Positions 27,891 to 29,349 of a stretch of 29,349 nucleotides of DNA are shown piece by piece. Each line of letters begins with the position of its first letter. Position 1 is the first letter of the stretch. A program made the position numbers and the translations under genes. Source of the stretch: Thainema sp. (lineage in GTDB: Bacteria > Cyanobacteriota > Cyanobacteriia > Phormidesmidales > Phormidesmidaceae); contig JBQLZK010000074.1 of assembly GCA_052168235.1 (NCBI GenBank), positions 1-29,349 on the forward strand, in the 5' to 3' direction. The notes beneath the pieces are model-generated. The model made no database searches and was not told the DNA's origin. It worked only from the letters and a program-made list of their open reading frames with translations.

Positions 27891-29204
27891 ATGCAGGCAG
27901 AATTCCAACAGCGTCGCGAACAGTTCATGGCAAAAATCGGTCAGGGCACCGCTATCTTTCGCAGTGCGCCGATGGCCGTCATGCATAACGATGTGGAATA
28001 CAAGTTTCGTCAGGATAGCGATTTCTACTATCTGACGGGCTTTAACGAGCCGGAAGCGGTGGCTGTCCTCGCGCCCCACCACGAGGAACACAAGTTTATT
28101 CTGTTTGTCCGCCCCAAGAATCTGCAAGCGGAGATCTGGACGGGGCTGCGGGTCGGTGTGGATGCCGCCAAGGAGCGCTACGGTGCGGATGCGGTTTACT
28201 CGATTGAAGAAATCGACGAACATCTGCCCCAGTATGTCGAAAAAGCGGATCGACTCTACTACTCAATTGGTCGCGATCGCAGTTTTGATCAAAAAATCCT
28301 TGCCCTCTGGCAGCGCTTACTCGCTACTTATGCCAAGCGGGGCACTGGCCCAGTGGCGCTAGAAGAACCAGGGTTTCTGCTGCATCCGATGCGGCGGGTA
28401 AAGAGTGAAGCCGAGTTGGAGTTAGTGAGAACTGCGATCGCAATTTCGGTCAAGGCGCATAATCACGCGATGGAGATTGCCCAGCCGGGACGCTATGAGT
28501 ACGAAATTCAGGCGGAAATGGAGCGGATTTTCCGGCTAGAAGGTGGTGAAGGCCCTGCCTATCCGTCAATTGTGGCATCGGGTGAAAATGCCTGTATTTT
28601 GCACTATATCGACAACAATCGCCAAATGCAGGATCAAGACCTGCTGCTGATTGACGCGGGCTGCTGCTATGAGTACTACAACGGCGACATTACCCGCACG
28701 TTTCCGGTGGGCGGCACGTTTACGCCAGAGCAAAAGATTATCTATGAGCTAGTCCTGGAGGCTCAGCAAAAAGCAATTGAGGCGGTGCAACCGGGTAAGC
28801 CCTACAACGAGTTTCACGATATTTCGACGCGGGTGATTACGGAAGGTCTGGTGGAACTGGGTCTGCTGAAGGGCGAGGTGGATACGCTGATCGAGGAGAA
28901 GAAGCATCGCGCCTTTTTCATGCACGGCACGGGTCACTGGCTGGGGCTAGATGTGCATGATGCGGGGATTTACAAAGTCGATGACGAAACCTGGTACAAC
29001 TTTGAACCAGGCAATATTGTGACGGTGGAACCGGGAATTTATATCTCGCCAGAGCTGCAACCAGAAGAAGGCCAACCAGAAATTGACGATCGCTGGCGCG
29101 GAATTGGGGTACGAATTGAGGATGATGTGTTGGTGACAGCTCAGGGAAATGAGGTGTTGACAGCAGGTGTGCCGAAGTCAGTTGAAGAGATGGAACGACG
29201 TTAG
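27891..29204 (+). CDS. pepP: Xaa-Pro aminopeptidase (aminopeptidase P, M24B)
   Basis: FRQDSDFYYLTG, ILHY, LIDAG, DITRTFP, HGTGHWLGLDVHD, TVEPGIY, GVRIEDD. Confidence 0.95.
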   Translation: MQAEFQQRREQFMAKIGQGTAIFRSAPMAVMHNDVEYKFRQDSDFYYLTGFNEPEAVAVLAPHHEEHKFILFVRPKNLQAEIWTGLRVGVDAAKERYGADAVYSIEEIDEHLPQYVEKADRLYYSIGRDRSFDQKILALWQRLLATYAKRGTGPVALEEPGFLLHPMRRVKSEAELELVRTAIAISVKAHNHAMEIAQPGRYEYEIQAEMERIFRLEGGEGPAYPSIVASGENACILHYIDNNRQMQDQDLLLIDAGCCYEYYNGDITRTFPVGGTFTPEQKIIYELVLEAQQKAIEAVQPGKPYNEFHDISTRVITEGLVELGLLKGEVDTLIEEKKHRAFFMHGTGHWLGLDVHDAGIYKVDDETWYNFEPGNIVTVEPGIYISPELQPEEGQPEIDDRWRGIGVRIEDDVLVTAQGNEVLTAGVPKSVEEMERR

Positions 29205-29349
29205 CCTGTTGAATTGGCAGATTATTAAGCTATCAACATTCACTAAGTAGGAAAGAACTTGCCAATCATGAATTGCTTTTTGTCTAATTGAATAATACAA
29301 CACTCCGGACAGATTTAGGAGGCTATCGCCCCGTAATCAAGCAGCTTTT

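Larger units (their letters stand above)
3187..28441. repeat. HIP1 octamer GCGATCGC dispersed through the window
   Basis: About 35 copies counted by eye (for example 3187, 3443, 4519, 5133, 7032, 9751, 19021, 22941). None seen before 3187. Confidence 0.9.

Overview
Chromosomal DNA from a cyanobacterium, probably a filamentous one. The basis is about 35 HIP1 octamers (GCGATCGC) counted by eye, vipp1, a cyanobacterial-type nrdJ, and heptamer and GTAG-REP repeats. Most of the window is housekeeping or common accessory genes: nrdJ, a GH15 hydrolase, rqcH, a GAF-GAF histidine kinase, recQ, DUF4346, vipp1, DUF5340, trpC, a class II glycerate kinase, murD, glyS, an M50-TPR protease and pepP. The most unusual part is the first 8 kb. 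It holds an AT-rich, HIP1-free ORF fusing an SPPY-type DNA methyltransferase to a C-terminal PD-(D/E)xK-like nuclease. It also holds a 450-bp divergent region between nrdJ and a CvkR/McdR-like MerR gene, containing a candidate NrdR-box pair, an array of ACRT-based operator-like motifs and an 86-nt multi-stem element. A pRiA4b ORF-3-domain protein follows. Intergenic spaces contain several REP/MITE-like palindromic elements. I saw no CRISPR array, tRNA, rRNA or transposase. Family assignments come from recognising motifs by eye, not from database searches.
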